DNA of 64,000 nucleotides from Narcine bancroftii (lineage: Eukaryota), in contig NC_091469.1 in assembly GCF_036971445.1 (NCBI RefSeq), positions 416,578,001-416,642,000 on the forward strand, written 5' to 3'. Below are positions 12,951 to 26,254 of this stretch, in pieces. Below the pieces are notes generated by a model, which was not told the origin of the DNA, did not search any database, and saw only the letters and a list, made by a program, of their open reading frames with translations. Each line of letters begins with the position of its first letter. Within the stretch, counting starts at the first letter, position 1. Both the position numbers and the translations under genes were made by a program.

Positions 12951-13640
12951 AGGTGTCAGCCACCTATTTGTTTTGTTTTGTTTTCAAAACAAGTTATTGA
13001 CCAATTTTCCATTTTTTTTGCAGATTGCTCTGTTAAATGCATCAAGAGAAGATGTATTCCAGTTTGATACATGAAGTCATTCAGCCCATCATGTCTATGT
13101 TGATTATCAAGAACTTATCTATATCAATCTCAGTTATTAGCACTTGGTCTACAACATATTATGCCCTTATGATTCAGGACCACATCCAGATGCCTCTTGC
13201 ATCCAACACATTCAGTGGCAATGTATTCCAGATTGCAGCTACCCTCTGGATGACAAAATTCTTAGTTCCCCTTTAAATCTCTTTCTTTTCATCTCAAATC
13301 CATGCCCTCTGGTCAAGCACCTCTGCCATGGGAAAATGTTTTTTTCATATTATGTATACCTTTACCAGGTCCTTTCTCAGTCTCCTCAGCTACAACAAAA
13401 ACGAAACGAGTTTTTCCAGTCCCTCTTCATAAATGAAATATTTGTACCCCTCTTCTAGGAACTTAATGTCCAATTGGCCTTTGCTGGACAGAAAGGGAGA
13501 GGGAGAGAGAGAGTGAGGAGAGAGAGAGAAAGAACATTTATGTTTGTGCAAAAAAGAGAATTAAAATGAAAAAAAAATCTTTTTATTACCTTTGGGAAAT
13601 TTTAATTTCCCTTCACAATGTTTTCTGTCCTATTTTCCAG

Positions 13641-13706
13641 ATTTGGAAGTAATTGGCATGGCAGTTTATGTAGGCTGCTGCCTGACAATGATAAATACAA
13701 AAAAAG
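13641..13706 (+). CDS. Possible host exon (unidentified gene)
   Basis: TTTTCTGTCCTATTTTCCAG acceptor; phase-1 frame DLEVIGMAVYVGCCLTMINTKK compatible with the 9813 exon; weak donor GTTTAG. Confidence 0.25.
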
Positions 13707-16314
13707 GTTTAGAAATAGCACTATTTCAAAATAATTTGGGCCTAACATCATGCTGATCTCATGGTTTCACAGAATAAAAATAGAAGTGATAGAGAAGAAA
13801 AGGAACAAAAACCAGTGGTCTTAACAACAAAAGAAATTAACACATTTTGGTGTACAGCAAATGAAGGAATATATAAATGTGGAAAAGAAATAATAACTGA
13901 ATACCACAATGTTGCAAATAAAAGCAGAAATGCTCTAAATACTCTGCAGACCCATCCGTGTCTTACATGAGAAAAGATGTTATGGCATTTTAATTGCAGG
14001 CTGATCAAAGAAATGAGTGAAAGAAATAAATTATACATTGGTTTAAAGTAAATGTTAAAGCAAAGAATTAGACATTCCCAATCTTGTTGATATTTTTAGT
14101 TATTGTGGAGCATAGCTGTTAAAGGTCCTGCCCCAGAACTATCTACTGCTGTTTTGATATCAAACTGGCATTAATAAATATGATTGATTGATTTCATTCA
14201 TTCTTCTCAGAGGCAATGGAGATTAGTGAAGTGATCATATTTTTACCATAATCCTCTTGTCGTTACCATAGTAATACTGCCGCCCAAAGAGTTCCAACGT
14301 AAGCTCACATCTGCTGTAGTCTAATGGGAGCATATTGCTTTGAGTTCATGGCTCCTGTTCATTAAAGCCACTGCATTTATCAATATAATAAATATATTAT
14401 TGAGAGGAACAATAAAAAGACAACCATGCAATCTGCTAAAAGAATAACATTGTTATGATATCAATGTTTGTTTCTTGTAACTCTTTAATGAAAAAAAAGT
14501 TGCTTTTCACTTCTTCAGTCATAATAACTACCTTTCTACGAAAGAATATTTCAGAATACAGAATTTTCAGTTCGGATAATTTAGATATTTGGGTGCTTTC
14601 ATAGTTTCAGTGCTTGTAATTCAAATCTGACAAAAATTTAAATCAATGTTCTTCCTCCGAAGAAATTAGAAAAATATTCTTTGTTTCCACCATAATTTCC
14701 AATTTTTCAACCACATTGTAAGAATATGCTAATTCATCACTTGGAATACAGATTTTATAATGATTCTCTAGCTGTCATTAATCTATTTCTTTAATAAGTA
14801 TTGGAAAGTGTTTGAGTTTTCTCTGAAAATCACCCAAGACCACAGAGAAATTATAGATTTGGCAATTGAACCCTGCTTTGCCTGTAAACTGTGCAATGGA
14901 AAAATACAATGACAGTTGTGATGTGGGAGGCTGGTCTTTAATATTACTGAGAAACAACAGGAGTAGTAGCTTGTGAACTCCTCAGTAATGCAAATAATCT
15001 GGCAGGAGAGCCCAAAGAAATAGCACAAATTAAAGAAGTGTGGAAAGGGCAAAAAAAAGACAGCAATATTAGTCGAAAATCTACACAAGAAATGAACATA
15101 AAAGAATGTGGTGTATGTTAGAAAGTTATGTACTTATACAAGAAAATATTTATCAGAGTGACCAAATACAGTAGAAGAGTAACAACAGAAGCTAATGGCA
15201 ATGAAATGAGTTGCGACTCTAAAAATAAAGCAGTGTATCCTTCAAATCATCAGCTCTGTTTTTACATTAAATATGGCATATTGTACATCACTTAAGTCAA
15301 GCATCAAATAAATGACAGGCAACATTTTAAATTATGTCTTTGTCTGTAGTTCAGATGGGTGGTATGCATTCATTGCCTGAAGGTCCCCAGCTAATATTCA
15401 ATTGAGCTAATGATCAAGCAGAGATTTAACAGAAAGCACCACCATTGTTCTCTGATAAAGATCAATTTTACCTTTATGTCATTTGTTTTTTAAATAAAGA
15501 GTGCATTGACCATTGACACCTTCCATTTTTACCTGCATGAAAATAAGAGATTATACAAAAGAAATGTTTAACAGCAATCTTTAACAAATCTTTAACATCT
15601 TTATACAGAAGTAATTTTTAAATACAGTATTAGTTGCAAAGAAATCTGCTGGAGGAGCTCAATGTCTCTGGAGGGGAAAGAGACAGTTGACCTTTAGGGC
15701 CGAGGCCCTGCATGAGGACTGAAAGTGTAAAGGGAAGATAGTCAGTATAAAGAGGTGAGAGGGAAAGGTGAATCTTGGAGAGGAGGGGTTGCCTGGCAGA
15801 TATGGGTCTGGAGGAGGGAAGGATCGAAATAAGCTAGAAAATTATAAGAACAAAATTGCCTGCAGATAACAAATGAAGATGATGAGTAGAATCAGATGAG
15901 GGGAAGATAGAGGGGAGGTGTGAACAGAAGGGGAAGGGAAAGGGGAACCAAGGTACACAGGGTGTGTGGATGATAGGCAGATGAAGCCAGATATAGCTGG
16001 GGAAAGAAACTTGGTGATGGGATGCTCAGCAATGGGATGTAATGAAGGGAAGGTGCAAGAGGACCTGTGTAAATCAGGAGGAAGGGGGAAGAAACCAAGA
16101 GAATGCAGGTTATCTGGAGCTGGACAATTCAATGTTCACACCATTAGGTTGCAGACTCCTAGGTGGAATCCCAGGTGTTGTTCTTCTAGTTGGGTTTCAC
16201 CTCACCCTGGCATTGGAAGACACTGAGAAAAGACAGATTGGTACGAGAGTGGAGATGAGACTTAAAATGGTTTGCAATTGGGAACCATAGATGGGCATTC
16301 CAGACAGAATTCTA

Positions 16315-19300
16315 GCCCCTTTCACACTGGCACCTTGTCCTAGTGATTGATGGCCAATCTACCAGTTAAGGTTCCAGCGTGAAAGCTCCTTAGTGGCACA
16401 CAGGTGTAAAATCATGCCGGGGATGAACTGTCGAGATAGGTTGTATCATCTGACACCTGCGTGCCAATTAACCCAGTGTGAAAGGGACATGACGTGCTAA
16501 TGATGCTTTTGAAACAGTCTTCAGATGAAGTACAGGGTGGGTCAACTTGATTGATTTAATTTGAAATATAAATTAAAATATAAATAAAAGTTATGGTCGC
16601 AAACTGGGGGAATAGGGAGGTGCAGGAGCTCCCCTTACTAAGGTTAGAGGAGGCTGAATTATTCAAATTAATGGGGACCATTAGGATAGCCTGTTTTATG
16701 AACACATTACAGCCAGAGTCGGGAACATGGGGTTCTCCAAGAACAAGTCCCAAGTGATCAATAAATTGGAGACAATTCTGAGGATGTTTCTGCAGGTTAT
16801 GGATCACAATGGGAGGAGTGGGAGAGAGCAGTTTGACTGGCCATATTATGACTAGGACTATAATATCTTGGGCACAAGCAAGTCAGCAGACCCACTGTCC
16901 CTCCCAACCAACATGGACCCCAGTGAAAGGGTCCCTGTGCACTTTCCTGAATCCAGTTTGTGAACACAGGAGGAGGAAATGGAGGATATGAATACCCCCT
17001 CTACCTCATCCGCCCCAGATCCCTCATCCACTCCTGGTCCCTCATCTGCTCCATGTGCTTTATTTCCCCCCCCCCCCCCCACAATACCTCATCCACTCCC
17101 ACTACCCCAGCCAGCCAGAGGACATCAACTGCCTCGAAGAAAATAAGTGGTCCCAGCACCTCATCTGCTGTTGCACCAGATTCAGGTCAGAACTTCTTTT
17201 TCATCTATCTAATTTGTCTATTGTGTCATGTGCCATCTCTCTAATCTCCTATGTGCTGGACTGCTATGCAGGAATCAAAGGGAAAAAGAAGCCAACGAAG
17301 ACACAGTGAAACGTCTGAAATTCATGGGTTGATGTATGTCTTTGAAGAGGAGGACCGTGATCCCGACAGCCAGCGTCAGGAGAGGCATGCAGAGATGGTG
17401 CAGATGCTGATGCAGGCACAACAGCAGGTGGAGGGGCAGGAATGGGGGGGATGACTGGCAGGAGTGGCAGGCAAATGCCGATGGCCTCACCAGGCTGATA
17501 GCAGAGATCTGCCAAGAGATGTAGGCCCAGACGGGCATGATGAGGGACCTTGCCTCATCAACTGGGGTTCTTGCGCACTGCCTCCCTCCCTCCTCGACCC
17601 TTCAGTGTCCTTCCTCCTTCTGCTCTCAGCCTTCCCCATTTAGCTCTCCTCCCTCCCATCACCTTACCTCTGACTTCCCCCTTTTGGCCACCTCCCCCTT
17701 CCATCTACTTGCCCCTATGGCAAACACCTCTCCCTGTGCCCCTCCTTTACAATCCCACCCCCACAATCCCCTCAGCATCTGCACAATCATTATGGAGCAG
17801 TGGCGAGTTGTCTGCAGATGACTCTTTCAATTCCCCTTTCCCCACCTCGAATATTTAGTTATTAGGAGGACTGAGAGTGTCAAGTGAATACCACGTACAT
17901 AGTTTTGGATGATGCAGAGAATTTTATTTGCAGAGTTTGAAGTTTTACCAATTGTACATAGTTTTATTCTTCAGATGTTAACTATTAAAATGTTATTATG
18001 ATGTTATTCATGTCTTTACAATGTTCATTCCAATACATATAAAATCTTGAGATGCACATTTTCAGATGTCCAATAAACTTTTTGTTGACATTTCAGTGTT
18101 ATGTCTCAGTTGTCTGCCTTAGGCCCACTCAAAATGGACATGATAGCCTCACGTTTAGCCATGTGACCCAGGTCTGTTGCACCCCAATAAGGAACCTATC
18201 TGGTGGAGGTAGATCTGCCTCCCTAGTCATCCACTCTTCCAAGAAGTGCTCCTTGTTAATCTCATGTATGTTATGCAGGACACAAAAGGCACAACAACAT
18301 CAGATATAAAAGCAGTAGTAATATCCACTCATTTGGCCAGGCATCTCCAGCAAACTTAGAGATGTCTAAAAACATTCTCAACAACCACTCATGTGGAGCT
18401 CAGCTCTTGGTTGAATTTGCGCTAAATATGATTGAGAACGTGGTGTTACGTGAACCCCTTCATTGACCAATGCTTGAGTGGGTAGGCAGGGTCCTCATCA
18501 AATGTGCAGGGATTTCCACTCCATCAACAACCTTGGATACCTGTGGTATGGGTTTGTCAAAGAACTAGGTAGCAGAAACAGCCAATCCTCTCATTCCTCC
18601 ATGGCTAGCATACAATGCAATGGTCCGACTTGACCCTCAGTCTATCCCTATGCCTATACATATATGTATATAAGTACACATATGGCTATATGCTAATACA
18701 TGTGAACACACATGCACACACACACGCACACAGCTATAATCTACAGACTTTTAGACATTTCGAAAACAACCTAAGGCCTTTCGCTCACACTTGAGATCTT
18801 CTCATGCACATGTTGCAGGCATCACTGTAGCGTGCGGCATATTCACACTTCACTTTCATACACCGCCTGCATCCTCAGCCTTTCTGTAAATGAAAGAGTT
18901 CAGCAGAACTTGAGGATCATGGGTGTGTCCAGGCCAAACCACATACACATCTATGAAGTTGGGAACACAAAAACACATTGCATTGATTGACATATGGAAA
19001 ACATAAATAAGTGAAGACATATACTTGTAACTCAGGCATGATCCTTACCAGTAGATGTGGTCAACAACATCTTGAAGAATAATAGTGTCACACCCTTTTT
19101 TATGTAATAAGCTGATGGGTCGTTGTGTGGGGCAATGATAGGAATATGTGTGCCATTGATGGTGCACCACACTTTTTTGAAAATGCATTGATTGTCTCCT
19201 GAAGATGATCTCCACTCAGCAGGTCAATTAAACGTTTCATGAGAGTCTCCCTCAGCACAATATTCACTTGGCGCACCACCGTACTGACAGTGGAGACACC

Positions 19301-20013
19301 CACACCAAAGAGAATACTGATTGATCGATACTCACAAGGAGGGCATACCACCACAAAGCCATTGCAAAACTGATCCAAGGCTCCACAGGCTTTCAGCAGT
19401 TGGTGCTCTTACACAGCAGCTCTCGCTCAAGTATCCCCACAATAAAATTAAAAGTACTCTGAGTCATTCTAAGATTCTCACGCCATTGTTGATCATTCTA
19501 TTTCCTGAGGACTTCAACCCAGAACATGGTGGTCTTTCCCTCCTCCAAATTCTTCTGTCATTATACATCTGTTCAAAATACTGCAAGATAAGCAGGTGTG
19601 CTCACCCCTGCACTCCTCCTCAAATCCCTCCAAGGTTATCTGCAATTTATCAATGACATTATTCAACCTATGAGCAGGTGGACGCTTTCAGTAAGCTCTG
19701 TTATTGTTTGCATCAGATTGCATATGAGGATGTTGATAAGACCTGGATGTTTGGTGATAGAATCACACATTATCAGGACAGACAAAGCAATTGAACTGAC
19801 GTCCGCCATTGTAGAGAAGGAGATGATATCACTTCCATCAAGTGAGTGTAACGTTACTTGAGATGTCCCTGGAGGAGGATAGAATCCCCTATCCCTGGGG
19901 ATACCTTGTAATGGGTGTGAAAGGACACAGTGGTTCAGTGTGAAAGGCAAAAATAGCTTCCTTAACTGGTTCACTGAAAGGCCAATCTACTGGTTAGTCA
20001 GTGTGAAAATGGC
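16315..20013. mobile_element. PIF/Harbinger DNA transposon (decayed)
   Basis: TIRs GCCCCTTTCACACTG (16315) and CAGTGTGAAAATGGC (20013). Minus-strand DDE transposase; a convergent + strand acidic/Pro-rich second-gene relic at ~17150-17860. Confidence 0.8.
18250..19640 (-). pseudogene. Harbinger DDE transposase pseudogene with introns
   Basis: EYRSISILFGVGVSTVSTVV, LQDVVDHIY|GTAAGG, FIDVYVVWPGHTHDPQVLLNS, DPAYPLKHW. Confidence 0.75.
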
Positions 20014-21017
20014 TAGAGAGTAGGCATCAAAGCAGTCACCTAATTATGCTTGGGGCTACCATTGTAGAGGAGGCCATATCTAGAGGACTGAATTCAATAG
20101 ATTGAAAACAGTTGGAGGTGAATATCTGCTTCACCTGGTCCCTGGTTGGATGTGAAGGACGAAGTGCAGTGATAAATTTTACACACCCCTCCTCACCAAA
20201 CCTGCTAATGCAGGGAAAATGCCTGATCAGTGAGGAATGATGGAGAGGAATGAACTGTTTGCTCCTCAACTCTGTACTGCCCATTTCTGTCTCCTATGGA
20301 GAGAATGGTCCCAGCAGAAAGGGGTGGGAGGGGAAGATATGGTGGATTGCATTGTAACTGGTAGATATGTCAAAGAATGAGCTGCTGGATGTGAAAGCTG
20401 ATAGTGTGAATAATAAGGGTCAACAGGACTCTACTTCGGTTTTGTCTGGGAGCATATGGGGTGAGAGCAGAGATACAAGAAATAAAGAAGACATAGGTAA
20501 GGATTCATCAACCACAGCAGAGGGCAAGTTACATTTCCTCAAAAAAGGAGGGCATTTTAGATGTGTTGGAGTGGAATGCCTCATCTTGAAAATAGATGTG
20601 ACAGGGATGGAGAAACTGAGAATAAGGGACTGGATGGAGGAGGTACAGTCCAGGTAGCTGTGAGATTCAGTGGGTTTGTAGTAAATGTCAGTAGGTAGTG
20701 TGTTTCCTGAGATGGAAAGCCAGAAAAGACAGAGAGGTGTAGAAATAGTCCAAGTGAAATTGAGGGGGATAGAACCTAGAAGCAAAGTTCATAAATTGTG
20801 CATGGGTGCAGGTGGCAGCACCAATACAGTTGTTGATATAGCAGAGAAAGAATGGGGAGTGGTGTCAAAGTAGGCTTGGAACAAGGACCAATTGTTCTGG
20901 TTGAACCAGAACAATTTCTTGAAAGAAACAGAGGACCCAGAGGTTTTCCTCATGAGAATGCATGTGTATAGGGTCTGGATGTCGATGGTGAAAATAAGGT
21001 GGTTGGGGGGGGGGGGA

Positions 21018-21242
21018 GTTATATGTAAATTGTATGTCAACCTTTCCTGGTTGACACTGCTCTCATTGACCGGATCATGACTCCTCCCCTTACTTCCCCA
21101 TAAAGGCTATCATACCACAAAGCTGCCTTCAGTTCGAGTCTGGATCAGTGTGAGCCACCAATACAGGGATGCTGTCCATCTCTTGCAAATAAAAGCCTTC
21201 AGTTTCAATTACTTCCGACTTTGTGCAATTGATCGCGCATCA
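21018..21242 (+). mobile_element. Short solo LTR (Gypsy-like)
   Basis: AATAAA at ~21188, ends GCATCA, flanked by GGGGA on both sides. Confidence 0.55.
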
Positions 21243-21712
21243 GGGGACCAGGGAATTTGTTGTTAAAATGGCTGTACATGTGAAGAAGAGGGAATAAGAT
21301 AGAGTTGAGGTTTGAGGAAGTAAGTTTAATGGAGCAAAAGCAGGCAGAAACAATGGACCCACCAGGGCAGTCCAGTTTGTGGACCATGAGTAGGAGACAG
21401 AAATGAGCAGTACAGGGTTGAGGGACAGATTAAAGGCTGTGGAGGGTGACCTTTTGAAGTGATGAGATCAGTGATAATACGGAAGCCACTAAAAGGATCC
21501 AGGGAAGAGACTGATCTTTACTCTTTACTGTCTATGTTCTATGTCTCTGGGCGGTAAACAAGAAGAAAAATCAATTTCTCAGGGAATTATCAAGGATGAG
21601 TGAAAGACAGGTCAGTTTATGTTGGATTTCAGTGTCCCAGATGGTGACCTGGTCAAATGTTTACCTTTTTGCATATGTAAGTGATACATTAGATGCCTGC
21701 TTTAACAACACT

Positions 21713-23311
21713 TCTTTTCTTTGGCTTGGCTTCGAGGACGAAGATTTATGGAGGGGGTAAAAGTCCATGTCAGCTGCAGGCTTGTTTGTGGCTGACAAGT
21801 CCGATGCGGGACAGGCAGACACGGTTGCAGCGGTTGCAGGGGAAAATTGGTTGGTTGGGGTTGGGTGTTGGGTTTTTCCTCCTTTGTCTTTTGTCAGTGA
21901 GGTGGGCTCTGCGGTCTTCTTCAAAGGAGGTTGCTGCCCGCCAAACTGTGAGGCGCCAAGATGCACGGTTTGAGGCGTTATCAGCCCACTGGCGGTGGTC
22001 AATGTGGCAGGCACCAAGAGATTTCTTTAGGCAGTCCTTGTACCTTTTCTTTGGTGCACCTCTGTCACGGTGGCCAGTGGAGAGCTCGCCATATAACACG
22101 ATCTTGGGAAGGCAATGGTCCTCCATTCTGGAGACGTGACCCATCCAGCGCAGCTGGATCTTCAGCAGCGTGGACTCGATGCTGTCGACCTCTGCCATCT
22201 CGAGTACTTCGACGTTAGGGATGAAAGCGCTCCAATGGATGTTGAGGATGGAGCGGAGACAACACTGGTGGAAGCGTTCTAGGAGCCGTAGGTGGTGCCG
22301 GTAGAGGACCCATGATTCGGAGCCGAACAGGAGTGTGGGTATGACAACGGCTCTGTATATGCTTATCTTTGTGAGGTTTTTCAGTTGGTTGTTTTTCCAG
22401 ACTCTTTTGTGTAGTCTTCCAAAGGCGCTATTTGCCTTGGCGAGTCTGTTGTCTATCTCATTGTCAATCCTTGCATCTGATGAAATGGTGCAGCCGAGAT
22501 AGGTAAACTGGTTGACCGTTTTGAGTTTTGTGTGCCCGATGGAGATGTGGGGGGGCTGGTAGTCATGGTGGGGAGCTGGCTGATGGAGGACCTCAGTTTT
22601 CTTCAGGCTGACTTCCAGGCCAAACATTTTGGCAGTTTCCGCAAAGCAAGACGTCAAGCGCTGAAAAGCTGGCTCTGAATGGGCAACTAAAGCGGCATCG
22701 TCTGCAAAGAGTAGTTCACGGACAAGTTGCTCTTGTGTCTTGGTGTGAGCTTGCAGGCGCCTCAGATTGAAGAGACTGCCATCCGTGCGGTACCGGATGT
22801 AAACAGCGTCTTCATTGTTGGGGTCTTTCATGGCTTGGTTCAGCATCATGCTGAAGAAGATTGAAAAGAGGGTTGGTGCCAGAACACAGCCTTGCTTCAC
22901 GCCATTGTTAATGGAGAAGGGTTCAGAGAGCTCATTGCTGTATCTGACCCGACCTTGTTGGTTTTCGTGCAGTTGGATAATCATGTTGAGGAACTTTGGG
23001 GGACATCCGATGCGCTCTAGTATTTGCCAAAGCCCTTTCCTGCTCACGGTGTCGAAGGCTTTGGTGAGGTCAACAAAGGTGATGTAGAGTCCTTTGTTTT
23101 GTTCTCTGCACTTTTCTTGGAGCTGTCTGAGGGCAAAGACCATGTCAGTAGTTCCTCTGTTTGCGCGAAAGCCGCACTGTGATTCTGGGAGAATATTCTC
23201 GGCGACACTAGGTATTATTCTATTTAGTAGAATCCTAGCGAAGATTTTGCCTGTAATGGAGAGCAACGTGATTCCCCTGTAGTTTGAGCAGTCTGATTTC
23301 TCGCCTTTGTT
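21713..23311 (-). mobile_element. RTE-clade LINE, 5'-truncated, young
   Basis: 12-bp TSD TTTAACAACACT (21701-21712 / 23312-23323); short GA-rich tail; uninterrupted ORF. Confidence 0.95.
21770..23266 (-). CDS. RTE reverse transcriptase ORF fragment (498 aa, open; lacks endonuclease)
   Basis: PESQCGFR, FVDLTKAFD, GVKQGCVLAP, LFADD, YLG; C-terminal CNRC..SRIGL.SH zinc finger. Confidence 0.9.
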   Translation of the reverse strand: MLSITGKIFARILLNRIIPSVAENILPESQCGFRANRGTTDMVFALRQLQEKCREQNKGLYITFVDLTKAFDTVSRKGLWQILERIGCPPKFLNMIIQLHENQQGRVRYSNELSEPFSINNGVKQGCVLAPTLFSIFFSMMLNQAMKDPNNEDAVYIRYRTDGSLFNLRRLQAHTKTQEQLVRELLFADDAALVAHSEPAFQRLTSCFAETAKMFGLEVSLKKTEVLHQPAPHHDYQPPHISIGHTKLKTVNQFTYLGCTISSDARIDNEIDNRLAKANSAFGRLHKRVWKNNQLKNLTKISIYRAVVIPTLLFGSESWVLYRHHLRLLERFHQCCLRSILNIHWSAFIPNVEVLEMAEVDSIESTLLKIQLRWMGHVSRMEDHCLPKIVLYGELSTGHRDRGAPKKRYKDCLKKSLGACHIDHRQWADNASNRASWRLTVWRAATSFEEDRRAHLTDKRQRRKNPTPNPNQPIFPCNRCNRVCLSRIGLVSHKQACS

Positions 23312-23781
23312 TTTAACAACACTAACTTACAGTTAAATATCATTGTTCACTAGTAAAACAACACAAATTGCATTTGGATCCATCTGCCAAACCAACTAGA
23401 ATTCAGCAAAACAGAGACCTGTCTACTACAATCAGCAATCTTCAGTGGCCACAAAAATGACAAAGCACAATCGTTTTCTTTGGCTTTACCTTCTCTGTCG
23501 CACCCATAACAAACTCTGCTTGTCATCTTTCTGTCTGGCATTACTCAGAGTGGGAGGTAAGCAGAGTATCCATTTCTGTACAGTCTGAGCACTGGTGGCT
23601 AATGCCCAGCAACAACCTGCTGTGCTATTTATTCCATTTTCATAAATGGTCGTTGAACATCTGCAACCAGATTTCACAGCCTGATTATGTTTTATTATTC
23701 TGGTACTCCGAAACACCAGGCCAGAATTTTCTCATATAATATCAGGACATACAAAATTGCTTAAGATGGAGCACAATGAGG

Positions 23782-25202
23782 CCCAGATGAAATTTGTCAC
23801 TTCCTTCTTTGACAGAAGACAAGCCTTCATGGGTAGAAATTGAACTGCACAAAGTTGGAGAGTGAGTAGCAGAAGATCTTATCTATAAATGGGATATTAC
23901 ATTTATTTCTGGTAGAAAGGAAGCACATTTAACAAAGCATAGTTTGAATATTTGGTACAAATTGAATAATTTAATTGGATCAAAAGGAAAAATATCTCCA
24001 AATATGCCCTTGACTCAAAATAGATAATAAAATTAACAATAGATAATAAAATTCTACATGCGTGGTCCCATAAAGGGATCAGGTTTGTGGAAGATTGTTA
24101 TCTGCAAGGGCAATTAATGTCATTTGAACAGCTAAAAAATAAATATAATATTCTTAATAATACAATCTTCTGCTACTTTCAATTAAGTTTTTTTCCGAGA
24201 TGAATTAGGACCAGTCATGATGTTACCAGAGGGCAGTGAAATGGAGAATCTGATTCAAAGGGCGATCACAAGAAATGTACTTATTTAATGCATTCCTTAC
24301 TTCAGTTGGTCACTCTTAAGTGAACTTACATAAATCAAAACAAAGATGGGAATCAGACTTGAGTATTAGTATTGGTGATAAGCACTGGTCTGATTTAAGT
24401 CAGGACTGCATGACAAATACAATTAATGTAAGATATAGATTGGTGCAAAATAACCTTTTGCAGAAATTGCAGAAATTAAATTTTAATATATTTGATATAT
24501 GTTTTAGATGCAGAGAATAAATGGGAACCTTTTACATTTCACCTGGTTGTGCTCTAAAGTGAAACCCTTGTGGGAAAATTTAAGAATTTTATTAGATCAA
24601 ATTATTGGGAAATAATTACCACAAAGTACAGAATTGTTTCTCCAGGAAATACTGTTGAAATAAAATCCAAAATGAAACTGTCCAAGTATCAAATAGAATT
24701 TCTTAAAATTGCATTGGCGGTGGCCAGGAAATGTATTGTGGTTATTTGGAGTCTGATTCCCCTCTGTGTTCCCCTGGAGAAAATTACTTACCATTTAAGG
24801 AAGAAGTATAATGTGTTTTGCAGCCATATTTGCAGAATGCAGGGTTGGATATTTAGGGAAACTTATTCTGTTCTTGAACTCTACATTGTGGTTCTTTCCC
24901 CTATGAGAGATCTAGGTAAGGAAAGGGATCAGATCCTATGAAATGGATTCTGGAACCTGACAGTAACTTCTCTCTTCTTTTTTTTTCTTGCTTTTCTGTT
25001 CTTTTTTTTTATCTATCTTCACTTTCATTCTTTCCTTTACTTCAGGGCTTTGTGGTGGGGGGGGGGGGGAAGGGGGGGATGGGATTGTTTGGAGATATGG
25101 ACAACTTTTACCATTGATTTTTTTTCATTTCAATTTGCATATTTAAGTAATGGTTATTTCTTGATGCATATTGTCCACAAAATTAAAATAAAGTATTAAA
25201 AA
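23782..25202 (+). mobile_element. 5'-truncated decayed L1 with A-rich tail
   Basis: 19-bp TSD AAGATGGAGCACAATGAGG (23763-23781 / 25203-25221); MTNTINVRYRLVQ, CFRC, KIALAVARKCI. Confidence 0.9.
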
Positions 25203-25367
25203 AAGATGGAGCACAATGAGGACAAATGGTGAGGAATTTCTATTTTGGGACACATTCAATTTTCCAAGTTTCATTGAAAAACTTGTGGCCAACTATTTTT
25301 CATAAAACAATTCACACATTTTTTGACTTTATCAGAAGATTTTATTTTGTTTATAAATTAATATAAG

Positions 25368-26250
25368 TGAAATTACAGCCAATTTTGAGGAAATGAGAAA
25401 GGATCTAGAATGCGTGGATTGGGATAAGTTGCTTTCAGGCAATGATGTGCGAGGTAAGTGGAGGTCCTTCAAATGTGAAATTTTGAGAATAGAGAGTTTG
25501 TATGTTCCTGTCTGCATTAAAGGAAAGGTTAGCAGGCAGAGGGAATCTTGGTTTTCAAGGGATATTGGGCATTTGGTTCAGAAGAAGAGAGAGGTGCTTC
25601 ACAGGTATAGGCAACATGAAGCAAATGAGGTATTTGAGGAGTATAAAAAATGCAAGGAAAACCTCAAGAAAGAAACCAGGAAGGCTAAAAAAAAGATATG
25701 AGGTTGCTTTGGCAGACAATGTGAAGGAAAATCCTAAGAGTTTCTACAGGTATATTAAGAACAATAGTAAAGAACAAAATTGTTCCCCTTGAAGATCAAA
25801 ATGTGTGGCTTTTTATGGAGCCAAAAGAGATGGGGAAGATCTTTAATTTTTTTTTCATCAGTATTCACTCAGGAAACAGGCACAGAGTCGTGGGAAGTAA
25901 TGAAAACAAGCAGTGAGGTCATGGAACCGATACAATTTAAAGAGTAAGTGTTTGGTGTCATAAAGCAAATAAGTGTGGATAGATGCCCAATGCCTGACAA
26001 GATATTCCCTTGGACCTTGAGGGAGAATAATGGAGAAATTTCAGGGGCTCTGGCAGAAATATTTAAAATCTCCTTAGCCATGGGAGTGGTGTTGGAGGAT
26101 TGGAGGGTAGCTCATGCTGTTCCGTATTTTAAAAAATGCTTCAAAAGTAACCCTGGAAATTAGAGGCCAGTGAGTTTGATGTCAAATTATTGGAAGGTGT
26201 ACTAAGAGATCAGATTTACAATTATTTAGATAGCCAAAATTGATTAGGGA
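25368..26250 (+). mobile_element. CR1 ORF2 fragment
   Basis: VDWDKLL, KENPKSFYRYI, EDWRVAHAVP; homologous to 49915-50873. Confidence 0.85.
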
Positions 26251-26254
26251 TTGT

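Larger units (their letters stand above)
15635..21470 (-). mobile_element. Penelope-like element interrupted by a Harbinger and a solo LTR
   Basis: Terminal repeat at ~15645-15720; RT pieces NTLPTDIYYKPTESHSYLDCTSS (20420..20785) and FTIDIQTLYTCI (20789..21040). Confidence 0.7.

Noticed and set aside
14850-15120. Coding-looking purine-rich stretch
   Set aside because: Stops in all frames and no clear splice sites
21693-22218. Recurrent + strand ORFs (MWLTSPMRDRQ..., MSTSAAGSFVAD...)
   Set aside because: Antisense shadows of the RTE ORF, recurring only because the element is repeated
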